64,000 nucleotides of DNA, from contig CAZCCG010000003.1 of NCBI GenBank assembly GCA_964497535.1, positions 133,499 to 197,498 of the forward strand, given 5' to 3'. Below, in pieces: positions 51,327-60,575 of the stretch. The position numbers and the translations under genes are program-made. Under the pieces are notes generated by a model. The model saw only the letters and a list, made by a program, of their open reading frames with translations. It was not told where the DNA came from and did no database searches. Each line of letters starts with the position of its first letter. The stretch's first letter is position 1. The DNA comes from an uncultured Gammaproteobacteria bacterium. GTDB taxonomy: Bacteria > Patescibacteriota > Microgenomatia > Levybacterales > UBA12049.

Positions 51327-51823
51327 GGCGAATTTCAAAATTCAAAATTCAAAATTCAAAATTCACAGGTGGATTTACTCTTATTGAACTTCTGATTGTG
51401 GTCGCAATTATTGGAGTACTTGCTACTCTTCTTATGGCTAACTTTGTCGGGATTAGGCAACGGGCACGTGATGTACAAAGGAAGTCTGAAATTCAACAAA
51501 TACGTTCGGCATTGGAGTTGTACCGGGCAGACCAGGGTGCCTATCCCATCAATGCAACAGATTTGTATACTGGCGGAGTATGTAATGCTACTTTTTCAAG
51601 TGGATCGACGGTGTATATGAAAAAAGTTCCCTGTGATCCCTTAGGTAATGGAATGACTTTCTACGGTGGATATTACTTATATTCTTCAGATGGGAGTCAA
51701 TATACGCTGCAAGCATGTCTGGAGAATGCAAATGATAATGATACCAATGATACCGCTACGCCTGCCCTCCCCGGCCTAGGAGCATGTGCCTCAAGTAAAT
51801 ATTTCACGCTCACTAATCCATGA
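51323..51823 (+). CDS. type IV pilin / pseudopilin (GspG-like) with repeat-containing leader
   Basis: MRRISKFKIQNSKFTGG|FTLIELLIVVAIIGVLA. Confidence 0.8.
   Translation: MRRISKFKIQNSKFTGGFTLIELLIVVAIIGVLATLLMANFVGIRQRARDVQRKSEIQQIRSALELYRADQGAYPINATDLYTGGVCNATFSSGSTVYMKKVPCDPLGNGMTFYGGYYLYSSDGSQYTLQACLENANDNDTNDTATPALPGLGACASSKYFTLTNP
51334..51361 (+). repeat. tandem heptanucleotide repeat (TTCAAAA)x4 within pilin leader codons
   Basis: Four perfect tandem 7-nt units are seen directly. The unit length is not a multiple of 3. Confidence 0.85.
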
Positions 51824-52581
51824 CACAAAGAGGATTTACTCTCATCGAACTTGTCGTTGTATTTACTATTATGGCAATCCTCTCAACCCTTGCGATTGCA
51901 TCATTTGTTAGTTATGGGCGGAGTCAGTCGTTAGAAAAAAATGCACAGGATGTATATACAACACTCATAACTGCCAGAAGTAAAGCTCAGACTCAAGTAA
52001 AACCCTCAGGTTGTACGGATTCGGATACACTTGCGGGATATCGTGTAGATTTTACTGACATTCGTGATTATAGCCTGCGGGCTCTCTGTGGGGAGAAAGC
52101 AGTACTTATATCTGCCAATCATTTATCGTCAGACACCCGCTTTGCGAATGTAACTACATTTACTTTTCAAGTATTAACCGGCACTACTCAAAATGATGGC
52201 GTTATTGTTGTACAAAATACAACCGGAGGCAAAAAAATGATAAATATATGTCCAGATGGACGAGTCATCATTGATACCCCATCAATGACACTCAGTTCGT
52301 CTTCTGTCACATCAGGCGCAACCATAAAAGTCAATTGGTGTGGAGTCTCAAATGACCTTTCAACTACCTGGATTGGTTTATATCCCCAAGGAGCAGCTGA
52401 TACCGGTTATGTAATGTGGTTATTTCTGAACAATCCCAATTGTTCCAACCAGGGAGGTAACGGTGTATGTAGCTTTCAGCTTGCTCCCGGTTTGACAACC
52501 GGTACGTATGAATTTCGCATGTTTAAAGACGGAGGGTATAGTCTCTTGACTACTTCACCACCGTTTACTTTTGGGAATTAA
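51820..52581 (+). CDS. minor pilin / pseudopilin with extended C-terminal domain
   Basis: MTQRG|FTLIELVVVFTIMAIL. The start overlaps the upstream gene in an ATGA overlap. Confidence 0.7.
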   Translation: MTQRGFTLIELVVVFTIMAILSTLAIASFVSYGRSQSLEKNAQDVYTTLITARSKAQTQVKPSGCTDSDTLAGYRVDFTDIRDYSLRALCGEKAVLISANHLSSDTRFANVTTFTFQVLTGTTQNDGVIVVQNTTGGKKMINICPDGRVIIDTPSMTLSSSSVTSGATIKVNWCGVSNDLSTTWIGLYPQGAADTGYVMWLFLNNPNCSNQGGNGVCSFQLAPGLTTGTYEFRMFKDGGYSLLTTSPPFTFGN

Positions 52582-53059
52582 TATGATGAGAGGACAATCT
52601 TTATTAGAGGTTTTGGTTGCACTCGGGGTATCCCTTACCGTTTTGAGTGTCGTGGTACTTGCGGTTATTACTTCCTTGCAAAACAATAATGCGAGCAAAA
52701 ATCAGAATATGGCCACTCAGTATTCGCAGGAGGCAATGGAACTATTACGAAGCAGCAGAGATTCCAACTGGACAGTATTTAGTGGATTAGATGGGAATTA
52801 TTGTCTTTCCAAGGGTTCAACCACGCTTGATGCAAATGGAAGCTCATGTTCGACTGCCTGTGCAAAAAATATTGATAATTTATTTGCAAGAAAAATATGT
52901 GTTACTCCTAATTCATCATATTGTTCTACAGGTAACGCTACTGAGGTACTTGTGACGACTTCCTGGTCAGATTCAAAATGCCAATCTGCCACTGATCTTT
53001 GTCATACGGTAGAGTTAAATTCCTGTTTATCTAGTTATAATAGATTACCAACACCATGA
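52571..53059 (+). CDS. minor pilin-like protein (degenerate prepilin motif)
   Basis: MMRG|QSLLEVLVALGVSL with Glu at +5. Confidence 0.5.
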   Translation: MGINMMRGQSLLEVLVALGVSLTVLSVVVLAVITSLQNNNASKNQNMATQYSQEAMELLRSSRDSNWTVFSGLDGNYCLSKGSTTLDANGSSCSTACAKNIDNLFARKICVTPNSSYCSTGNATEVLVTTSWSDSKCQSATDLCHTVELNSCLSSYNRLPTP

Positions 53060-53649
53060 GAGGAAATTCAAAATACAAAATTCATCTACTCGAACTATTA
53101 AGCAAAGCGTTGCAGGCGAGGAATTCAAAATTCCAAGGTGGATTTACTCTTATCGAATTGCTTGCCGTTATTTTTGTAATTGGTATAGTAGGAGGGGTCG
53201 TTTTCGCAACTACCGTTTCTTTATTGAGAGGAACCAATAAATCCAACGCCCTTACCAATATCCGCCAAAATGGAAACTATGCGGTGACCCAACTGACCAA
53301 AATTCTCCATGATGCAAAAAGAATTAATGATCCACTAACTTCGTCATGTGATGGGTCTGCTCTTACAAAAAAATCCATTACTGTAACAGGGTTTGATAAC
53401 GCACAAACAACAATCAGTTGTTCAACCGGAGCAAACGGTACCATTGCCTCCAACAGTGCTTCCCTGATCAATGCAAATAGTATTCTGGTGACAGCGTGTT
53501 CGATTTCCTGTCAGCAGGTATCGGCAGCAGACATTCCTCGAGTAACTGTTACATTTACTTTGAGTCAGCGGACCACAAATTCGTTATTTGAAAATCAGGC
53601 CAGTTCATCATTTAATGCCACTACGCAGTTGAGGAATGCTAGCCGGTAA
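53056..53649 (+). CDS. minor pilin / pseudopilin
   Basis: Long leader ending NSKFQGG|FTLIELLAVIFVIGIV. The leader DNA carries an imperfect AAATTCAAAA repeat. Confidence 0.65.
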   Translation: MRGNSKYKIHLLELLSKALQARNSKFQGGFTLIELLAVIFVIGIVGGVVFATTVSLLRGTNKSNALTNIRQNGNYAVTQLTKILHDAKRINDPLTSSCDGSALTKKSITVTGFDNAQTTISCSTGANGTIASNSASLINANSILVTACSISCQQVSAADIPRVTVTFTLSQRTTNSLFENQASSSFNATTQLRNASR

Positions 53650-53714
53650 AAATCAGCCGTAACATTGACAGGATTTTTATTGGCTGTTACTCTAGTATAG
53701 AGGGTATTTTTACT

Positions 53715-54596
53715 GTGAAAATCCAAAGAGATAGAAACACTATGCGTGGACAACAAGGACAAGCATTATTGATTGTGGTATTGGTTCTAATTGTTGCTTT
53801 AACAGTAGGTTTGGCAGTAGTATCCCGCAGTGTTACCAATATCAGCCTGACTCGAAATGAAGAGGAATCTTCAAAAGCATTCTCAGCAGCCGAAGCTGGG
53901 ATAGAACAGGCACTCAAGTCCAGTACAAATATCGCCTCAACTCAACTACAGAACAGTTCTACCTATAGTGTTCAGGTCACCTCTCTAAGCGGTACAGATT
54001 TCTTACTCAATGGCGGTAATTCTGTGTCAAAAAATGATGGTGCGGATATTTGGCTTTCCGATTATTCTGCTGATCCAAATCTTATTTATCAAAACCAATG
54101 GGGAACGTCAGCAGAGCCGGGATATATTACTGTGTATTGGGGTTTATCAAGCGATGCATGTACAACTCAACCGGCAACTAATACAATGGCGGCTTTGGAA
54201 ATCATTGTATTGAGCGGACCAAAATCAGCCCCGGTAACAACCCGTTATGCCTATGATCCCTGCGCCGCAAGGAGAAATAGCAATAATCTGTTAACGCCGC
54301 TGTCTGCCAATGGAGAAACAATTGGTGGAAAGAGCTTTGCCAACAAAACAGCAACAATCACAGTTGTGTCAGGGCTTTTTATGAGAATTGTTCCCTTGTA
54401 TTCGGGTACTCCAATTGCGGTACGGGCATGTACAAGTAGTAATTCAGCTTGTAGTACTCTTCCACCACAAGGAACTAAAGTAGTATCGACCGGAATCGCA
54501 GGGGAGACGCAGCGTAAGATTGTGGTATATCAGGCGTATCCGGGTATTCCTACAGAATTTTTTCCTTATATATTATTTTCACCAACTACTCAATGA
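53715..54596 (+). CDS. PilX-like minor pilin (PilX N-terminal domain)
   Basis: GQALLIVVLVLIVALTVGLAVVS is a PilX_N-type hydrophobic segment. Confidence 0.6.
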   Translation: MKIQRDRNTMRGQQGQALLIVVLVLIVALTVGLAVVSRSVTNISLTRNEEESSKAFSAAEAGIEQALKSSTNIASTQLQNSSTYSVQVTSLSGTDFLLNGGNSVSKNDGADIWLSDYSADPNLIYQNQWGTSAEPGYITVYWGLSSDACTTQPATNTMAALEIIVLSGPKSAPVTTRYAYDPCAARRNSNNLLTPLSANGETIGGKSFANKTATITVVSGLFMRIVPLYSGTPIAVRACTSSNSACSTLPPQGTKVVSTGIAGETQRKIVVYQAYPGIPTEFFPYILFSPTTQ

Positions 54597-55645
54597 AAAA
54601 TAGAACATTTGGACTCGATATTGGGGCATCGTCTATAAAAGTAGTCTGGCTTGAGCAGCAAAAGAACGGGTTTCTATTACGTGCGGCTGTCAATGCGCCT
54701 TCTCCGTCAAAAGGCATGTTATCAGAATCTCCGTTAGATCAGGAAGAGATGGCTCAGACAATACGAAAAGTAATTGATGAGGCAAAGATTTCTACCCAAT
54801 TTATAAATCTTGCATTGCCGGAAAGTCAGGTCTACACACGGGTAATTGAAATGCCTGTTTTGTCTGAAAAGGAGCTTACCTCAGCAATTTATTGGGAGGC
54901 TGAACAATACATCCCCGTTCCCCTTGCAACGCTAACCCTTGATTGGTCAGTTCTTTCAAGGCCAAAGAATAATCTATCAAGTGAAACAATGCAAATTTTA
55001 TTGGTAGGTGCACCGGCACAACTGATTAATAAGTATGAAAAAACTCTTGCAATGGCAGGCTTAACAATTACAACTGTTGAGACGGAAATCCTTTCAGCAG
55101 TGAGAGCGCTTAATTATCTTCCCGGAAATAGTAAGGCTGTAAATACGCTTACGATGCTTATCATTCATATCGGTGCAGTCAGTACTGCTTTGGCAATTGT
55201 AAAAGAAGGGGTTATTGTATTTGCTTATTCTATTCCTACCGGTGGTCAGGCAATCAATAGATCGATTGCTTCAGATTTTGGTTTTACCCTTTCTCAAGCA
55301 GAAGAATATAAAAAAGTATATGGAGTTTCCCAAAAATCTCTCAACGGTAAGATTGGAAAAGCAACCACGCCTATACTTCAATCAATAGCTGCTGAAGTTA
55401 AAAAAGCAATCTCATTTTTTAATGAGAAATATAAAGAATCCAATCCTATCCAGCAAATTGTTCTTTCCGGTGGAACTGCAAAGCTTCCTGATATTGAACT
55501 TTTTTTTGCACAAAGTTGCGGTATAGAAACAGTCATTGCGAATCCCTGGAAGGTTTTAGCAGACCAAACAATCCCCAAAGAAATATTGGAAAATGCTCCT
55601 GATTATACTATTGCCGTAGGGCTTGCAATGAGAGAATATGAGTAA
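54593..55645 (+). CDS. pilM: type IV pilus assembly protein PilM (actin-like ATPase fold)
   Basis: N-terminal GLDIGASSIKVV and overall PilM architecture. Confidence 0.85.
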   Translation: MKNRTFGLDIGASSIKVVWLEQQKNGFLLRAAVNAPSPSKGMLSESPLDQEEMAQTIRKVIDEAKISTQFINLALPESQVYTRVIEMPVLSEKELTSAIYWEAEQYIPVPLATLTLDWSVLSRPKNNLSSETMQILLVGAPAQLINKYEKTLAMAGLTITTVETEILSAVRALNYLPGNSKAVNTLTMLIIHIGAVSTALAIVKEGVIVFAYSIPTGGQAINRSIASDFGFTLSQAEEYKKVYGVSQKSLNGKIGKATTPILQSIAAEVKKAISFFNEKYKESNPIQQIVLSGGTAKLPDIELFFAQSCGIETVIANPWKVLADQTIPKEILENAPDYTIAVGLAMREYE

Positions 55646-56174
55646 CGATATCAATCTCCTAAAAAAAAATAAGAATCAATTTCAAGATTTATCCCCAACC
55701 CTTAAAAAGGTACGAACGTTTGGGATTATCAGTCTTTTCCTAGTATGTATTCTCTCGGTAGGGCTATTTATTGTAAAGCTTCAGTCCCCTATTTCTCAGT
55801 TGCAGGCAGAAGAGGAAGTTATGAGAACTCGGGTGAAGCAGCTTTCCAAAAAGCAAACCAAAACGCTTTTTATAAAAGAACGATTACAAAATATCAATCA
55901 GATTTTAGCTACCCGTACACAATTTGAGAAATTAATGAACAATATGACTCAAATCATGCCTTCGGGGGTAACTGTTGATGCTTTTTCTATTGATAAAAAA
56001 CAGGCTAATCTTACCGTTACTTCACCATCACTACTTCCTCTAAAAGAATTTACCCAGCGAATTTTAGACTATTCAGAGGCAAAAAAGGAGTTTTTGACAG
56101 TAGTTATTGAAAATACTGCCTATAGTGAACAGAGTCACCTGTATAAGTTATCGATAGTATTTACTTTTATATGA
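55638..56174 (+). CDS. pilN: PilN-like bitopic membrane protein
   Basis: Single N-terminal TM helix plus coiled coil. Its position is directly after pilM. Confidence 0.6.
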   Translation: MSNDINLLKKNKNQFQDLSPTLKKVRTFGIISLFLVCILSVGLFIVKLQSPISQLQAEEEVMRTRVKQLSKKQTKTLFIKERLQNINQILATRTQFEKLMNNMTQIMPSGVTVDAFSIDKKQANLTVTSPSLLPLKEFTQRILDYSEAKKEFLTVVIENTAYSEQSHLYKLSIVFTFI

Positions 56175-56935
56175 GTTCACAGATTCTGTATATATCTCAA
56201 AGACAATTGCTAAATTATAGTTTTTATAAAATACTCTATTCTAAGTATAAAGAAATTATTATTGTTGTGGCGTTATTGTTAGTATCGATACTCCTGCTCT
56301 TTTTTGCGGTGATTCCACAATTTCAGGATTGGCAATTAACATTGGATGAAGAACATATGGAACAGGCGAAAATTTCAATACTTAAAAATAATTACGCTCA
56401 ATTGGCAGGATTGAATGATGCTCAAATCGATACAGATGTTACGTTAGTATCCCAAGCATTTCCTATTGATAAAGATTTTATTGGTGTTTTGGGAGCAATA
56501 TCCAGAGCTGCGGTAAAATCCGGGGTATCACTTCAAGATTATACATTTTCAGTGGGTCAATTAACGCCAACGGGTCCCTCACAGAAAAAACCCTCTCTCG
56601 ATCTGAAAGTTATCGTGAAGGGTTCGGTTGGACAAACACAACAATTTATTACGCAGCTTGCTTCTCAATTACCGTTATCAGAAATTACAAAAATTGATGT
56701 TGGACAACAAAATTCAACGATTGCACTTTCTTTCTATTACAACCCGTTTCAGGAGCTTACGTTTCAGGCAGATGTCCCTGTTAAGTTATTATCAACACAA
56801 GATACACAATTATTGGATAAACTTTCACAGTGGAAGCAAGATGAGGAGAATACTATTATTCCTGGTGCTGTGGGAAATATAAATCCGTTACTTCCATTGT
56901 CTCCTTCCCCTTCAAGCAGCACGTCTGCTCTTTAA
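56171..56935 (+). CDS. pilO: PilO-like bitopic membrane protein
   Basis: Single TM helix and a coiled-coil periplasmic domain, positioned after pilN. Confidence 0.5.
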   Translation: MSSQILYISQRQLLNYSFYKILYSKYKEIIIVVALLLVSILLLFFAVIPQFQDWQLTLDEEHMEQAKISILKNNYAQLAGLNDAQIDTDVTLVSQAFPIDKDFIGVLGAISRAAVKSGVSLQDYTFSVGQLTPTGPSQKKPSLDLKVIVKGSVGQTQQFITQLASQLPLSEITKIDVGQQNSTIALSFYYNPFQELTFQADVPVKLLSTQDTQLLDKLSQWKQDEENTIIPGAVGNINPLLPLSPSPSSSTSAL

Positions 56936-57619
56936 CAGGTCAGGACGGTGTGTTTGTGTTACTCTTTCTGCCTGTTCCATTCTCCATTTCTCGATTTCCC
57001 CGTGATTTCCGTTGAGAAGCACTTGTGGAACACTATGATCATTATATGTTTGAGGTTTGGTATAGTGTGGATATTCAAGTAATGAGGTTTGAGTATCGTT
57101 GGCCAGAGAAAAAGACTCAAATAAAGTGGCGTCATCTTTGATAACACTGGGGATAAGTCGTACTATGGCATCAGTTATTGCCATACAGGGAATTTCCCCT
57201 CCTGTTAATATATAATCACCAATTGAGATTTGTTCGTCAATAAAATTCAAAATCCGTTCATCAAATCCTTCATAATGCCCAGCGATGAGAATTACGTGGT
57301 CTAGGGTACTGAGTTGTTGTGCTTTCTTTTGAGTAAATGGTGTGCCCCGTGCATCCAGAAGGACAGTATGTGGTTTTATTGCGGGCGTTTGTGCTTTGAT
57401 TTTTTCAATTGCATTGTGGACGACATCCACCCGAAGAACCATCCCCGTTCCCCCACCATAGGGAGTATCATCTACTGTTTGGTGGTTCCCGATACCAAAA
57501 TCACGTAAATTCACTATTCGGATATCGACAAGTTTCTTCTCTTGTGCTCGATGCACAATAGAATGATGAAATGGTCCATCAAACATTTGGGGAAATAAAG
57601 TGACAATGGAGATAATCAT
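56912..57619 (-). CDS. trmD: tRNA (guanine37-N1)-methyltransferase
   Basis: The SPOUT fold motifs TLFPQMF and IAGHYEGFDERI ... LTGGEIP. Confidence 0.9.
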   Translation of the reverse strand: MIISIVTLFPQMFDGPFHHSIVHRAQEKKLVDIRIVNLRDFGIGNHQTVDDTPYGGGTGMVLRVDVVHNAIEKIKAQTPAIKPHTVLLDARGTPFTQKKAQQLSTLDHVILIAGHYEGFDERILNFIDEQISIGDYILTGGEIPCMAITDAIVRLIPSVIKDDATLFESFSLANDTQTSLLEYPHYTKPQTYNDHSVPQVLLNGNHGEIEKWRMEQAERVTQTHRPDLLKSRRAA

Positions 57620-57643
57620 GTGTTTATTGTACCAGAAGAAAGA

Positions 57644-57880
57644 TTATTGCTCGTCGGCAAGCGTTATGGAGACTTTTTTACTTTGTTTCATTGCCGGAAT
57701 TTTCATAGTATTTCGAATTGCTTTTATAACTTTCCCATTTTTACCGATAACTTTTCCCATATCGGTTTTTGCGACAGCAATAGTCAGGTGTATCAAGCCA
57801 TTTTCCTCTTCTTCAGTGATAGTGACTTGCTCAGGGTTTTCAACAATTGAGGTAACGATGTGCTGCAGGGTATCTTTCAT
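57644..57880 (-). CDS. KH-domain RNA-binding protein (UPF0109/YlqC-like)
   Basis: GKVIGKNGKVIKAIR is a KH GxxG loop. ATG at 57880 overlaps the rpsP stop as ATGA. Confidence 0.8.
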   Translation of the reverse strand: MKDTLQHIVTSIVENPEQVTITEEEENGLIHLTIAVAKTDMGKVIGKNGKVIKAIRNTMKIPAMKQSKKVSITLADEQ

Positions 57881-58107
57881 TTTTGTAACAGCTCCTTCAC
57901 GCTTGGGGTGGTTTGTGCACCTTTGGAGACCCAATAGCGTACTTTTTCCATATCTATTACTTTTTTTGAGCTTGTTGCTGTTTTTTCATACCATCCCAGG
58001 TATGCCACAGCTTTGCCATCACGTTTGCTGCGTTTTTCTTTTACAACAATCCTGTATTTTCTTTCTCCTCTTTTGCCTGTTTGGGTAAGCCGAATTACAA
58101 GTGACAT
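57877..58107 (-). CDS. rpsP: 30S ribosomal protein S16
   Basis: MSLVIRLTQTGKRGERKYRIVV ... KRDGKAVAYLGWYE. Internal ATG at 58107 chosen. Confidence 0.85.
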   Translation of the reverse strand: MSLVIRLTQTGKRGERKYRIVVKEKRSKRDGKAVAYLGWYEKTATSSKKVIDMEKVRYWVSKGAQTTPSVKELLQK

Positions 58108-58163
58108 AACTATGATTATACTAATTTTCTCTCCATTTCTCAAGTACGGTCTCAAAATTGCCA

Positions 58164-58841
58164 TTATGAGCTTCGAAGGGGTGCTTTTAATTGGGTAAGA
58201 GCTTGGGATGCAGCATTCTCTTCTGCTTCTTGTTTGGATTTCCCGGTTCCCTGTCCCAGTTCCTGGTCATCTACATATACGCCTACCGTAAATATCTTGG
58301 CATGTGCCGGGCCTTCTTCATGGATTACACTATAGATAGGTGAATTTTGCTTTTGTGCTTGTACATATTCCTGAAGCAAGCTCTTGGGATCCTTGAATAC
58401 TCTATTTTCTACTAATGGCTCAAGCAGAGGGAGAAAACATGCCATCAGAAATGTTCTTACGACGTCAACGCCCTGGTCTAAATAGAGAGCTCCAATGTAT
58501 GCCTCAAAACAATCTGCCAACAGAGAAATATTTTTTCTTCCTTGTGAGTCCTCTTCTCCTTTGGAAAGCTTGAGATATTTTCCAAAATCAAGGCTTGCCG
58601 CTATATTTGCCAGTGATTTGGTATTTACCAGGAGAGAACGGATATTGGTAAGAATTCCTTCATTAAAATCAGGGTACCGTTCATATAAATAAGAAGAAAT
58701 AACAAAAGAAACGATAGAATCGCCTAGAAATTCAAGCCGTTCGTTCGATTCTATTTTTTGTTTGGCCTCATTCAGATAAGACCGGTGGGTGAAGGCTTTG
58801 TCGAACAGAGCTTTATTTTTAAATTCAGGTAATGTTGGCAT
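58164..58841 (-). CDS. rnc: ribonuclease III
   Basis: Signature ERLEFLGDS and a C-terminal dsRBD. Confidence 0.9.
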   Translation of the reverse strand: MPTLPEFKNKALFDKAFTHRSYLNEAKQKIESNERLEFLGDSIVSFVISSYLYERYPDFNEGILTNIRSLLVNTKSLANIAASLDFGKYLKLSKGEEDSQGRKNISLLADCFEAYIGALYLDQGVDVVRTFLMACFLPLLEPLVENRVFKDPKSLLQEYVQAQKQNSPIYSVIHEEGPAHAKIFTVGVYVDDQELGQGTGKSKQEAEENAASQALTQLKAPLRSS

Positions 58842-59184
58842 AGGTTAAAATTTTACCCAGAGCACCATTGACGAATGCAGGACTTGTTTCTCCTCCATAT
58901 TCTTTCGCAAGTTCTATTGCTTCATCAACTACTACTTTGGGAGGTTCTTTTTTCGCAACCAGGAGTTCATATGCTGCCAGTCGAAGAACCGCTAAGTCTA
59001 CTTTGTTTATTTTATCTATGGGAAATTCGGGGGCGGCGTTTTTGATGGCTTCATCGATCGTATCTTTATCCGCCATGATTACCTTGGCTTCCGGAGTGAC
59101 TGGTTGTGAATGAAAGTCAAACTTAAATAGTTCTTCTACCAGTTTTCTTCTTCGTGTATGTCTTGGATCAAACTGTGACTTCAT
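58825..59184 (-). CDS. nusB: transcription antitermination factor NusB
   Basis: DLAVLRLAAYELL ... VVDEAIELAKEYGGE.SPAFVNGALG. I chose the internal ATG at 59184, giving the N-terminus MKSQFDPRHTRRRK. Confidence 0.8.
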   Translation of the reverse strand: MKSQFDPRHTRRRKLVEELFKFDFHSQPVTPEAKVIMADKDTIDEAIKNAAPEFPIDKINKVDLAVLRLAAYELLVAKKEPPKVVVDEAIELAKEYGGETSPAFVNGALGKILTYANIT

Positions 59185-59374
59185 TCTTTTTGGTAGGTTT
59201 ATTGCGTAATACTTGTTTTCCTTTATAAAACCCGCAGTTTTTGCAAACAATATGAGGGAGAATAATCGCACCACAATTTTGGCATAGTTGCGTTTTAGTC
59301 ACCGTGAGGTGAATATGTGCTCGTCTCTTGCCTTGTCTGGCCCTGGAATGGCGTTTTTTTGGTTCTTGCGGCAT
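59168..59374 (-). CDS. rpmF: 50S ribosomal protein L32
   Basis: PKKRHSRARQGKRRAHIHLT plus the zinc ribbon CQNCG ... CKNCGFYKG. Confidence 0.85.
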   Translation of the reverse strand: MPQEPKKRHSRARQGKRRAHIHLTVTKTQLCQNCGAIILPHIVCKNCGFYKGKQVLRNKPTKKNEVTV

Positions 59375-59483
59375 AGTAGGTTCTATTTTACCTTATTTTC
59401 ACAGAGGTTGCAATACAGGCTGGGCTTGGGATCTACTTCTTGCGTCTTGAGTCTAATTCAAAATTTAAAATGTAAAGGTCAAA

Positions 59484-59504
59484 CCTTGCCTGCCGGCAGG
59501 CAGG
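59484..59504. repeat. palindromic element CCTTGCCTGCCGGCAGGCAGG (core CCTGCCGGCAGG)
   Basis: Seen directly. A second, longer copy lies at 60068-60095. Confidence 0.6.
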
Positions 59505-59550
59505 ATTGCAATTCAAAAGTCAAAATTATAGACTATAAAAATCTACATTT

Positions 59551-60474
59551 ATGAAAACAACAGAGTTTCACAAGATTATTTGGAATTACTATGAGATAAA
59601 TCGACGAAAGTTACCGTGGAGAGAAACGAGTGATCCTTACAAAATCTTTATTTCCGAAGTGATGCTTCAGCAGACTCAGGTACCGCGGGTTTGGGTGAAA
59701 TATCCTGAGTTTATTCATGCTTTTCCCACTTTTAGGGCATTAGCAAAAGCGCCATTTGAAGCGGTGTTAGGTCAGTGGCAGGGCTTGGGGTACAATCGGC
59801 GGGCGTTGTACCTGCAACAGTCAGCACAGCAGGTTGTAGAGGCATACAATGGGGTTCTTCCATCAGATGAAGTGGCATTGGAGATGCTCCCGGGTATTGG
59901 GCCTGCGACTGCTCGGTCTATTGTGGTGTTTGCCTTCAATAAACCGTTGGTATTTATTGAAACCAACATCCGCCGCGTCTTCATCCACCATTACTTTAGG
60001 GAGGGTCATTCTGAACAAAGTGAAGAATCTCTTGCGAATGCGAGTTCTCAAACAAGCTTAGAGATCCCTTCCTTACCTGCCGGCAGGCAAGGAAGTAAAA
60101 GAGTTCTCGCTAACGCTCGAACAATAGAAGGAGTTGATGACAAACAATTGTTTCCTCTGATTGAACAGACCTTGGATCGCCGCAATCCCCGCGAGTGGTA
60201 CTATGCGTTAATGGATTATGGCTCAATGCTTGGCAAAACAATTGAAAACCCCAACCGGAAGAGCAGGCACTATACCAAACAATCAAAGTTTGAAGGCTCA
60301 ATCAGGCAGGTCCGCGGACAAATCCTTAAGTTATTACTTCAGAATAAGACAATGAACCGTCAGGAGTTGGAAACACTCTTCAAAACCGATTCTGTGCGGT
60401 TTAGTAAGGCACTTGGGCAATTGGAGCAAGAAGGATTTATTGTAGGTGATGAAACATTACAACTGAAATCTTAG
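59551..60474 (+). CDS. HhH-GPD family DNA glycosylase (MutY/Nth-like) lacking the 4Fe-4S cysteine cluster, with C-terminal winged-helix-like tail
   Basis: MLQQTQV ... GLGYNRRA ... LPGIGPATA (HhH-GPD) ... YYALMDYGS. No Cx6Cx2Cx5C follows. Confidence 0.7.
   Translation: MKTTEFHKIIWNYYEINRRKLPWRETSDPYKIFISEVMLQQTQVPRVWVKYPEFIHAFPTFRALAKAPFEAVLGQWQGLGYNRRALYLQQSAQQVVEAYNGVLPSDEVALEMLPGIGPATARSIVVFAFNKPLVFIETNIRRVFIHHYFREGHSEQSEESLANASSQTSLEIPSLPAGRQGSKRVLANARTIEGVDDKQLFPLIEQTLDRRNPREWYYALMDYGSMLGKTIENPNRKSRHYTKQSKFEGSIRQVRGQILKLLLQNKTMNRQELETLFKTDSVRFSKALGQLEQEGFIVGDETLQLKS
60068..60095. repeat. 28-bp near-perfect palindrome CTTCCTTACCTGCCGGCAGGCAAGGAAG inside the glycosylase CDS
   Basis: Seen directly. 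It encodes the peptide SLPAGRQGS. Confidence 0.6.
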
Positions 60475-60526
60475 ATAGGTTTATTGTAGATTTTGGATGA
60501 ATTATGAATGCGTCATTTATAGATAT

Positions 60527-60555
60527 GAAAAAAGCCGGGGTAGTACTACCCCGGC
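60527..60555 (-). terminator. rho-independent terminator (minus strand): GCCGGGGTAGTACTACCCCGGC followed by TTTTTT
   Basis: Perfect 9-bp stem with a 4-nt loop and a downstream T6 on the minus strand. Confidence 0.55.
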
Positions 60556-60575
60556 TATGGTGCCGTTGACGATGG

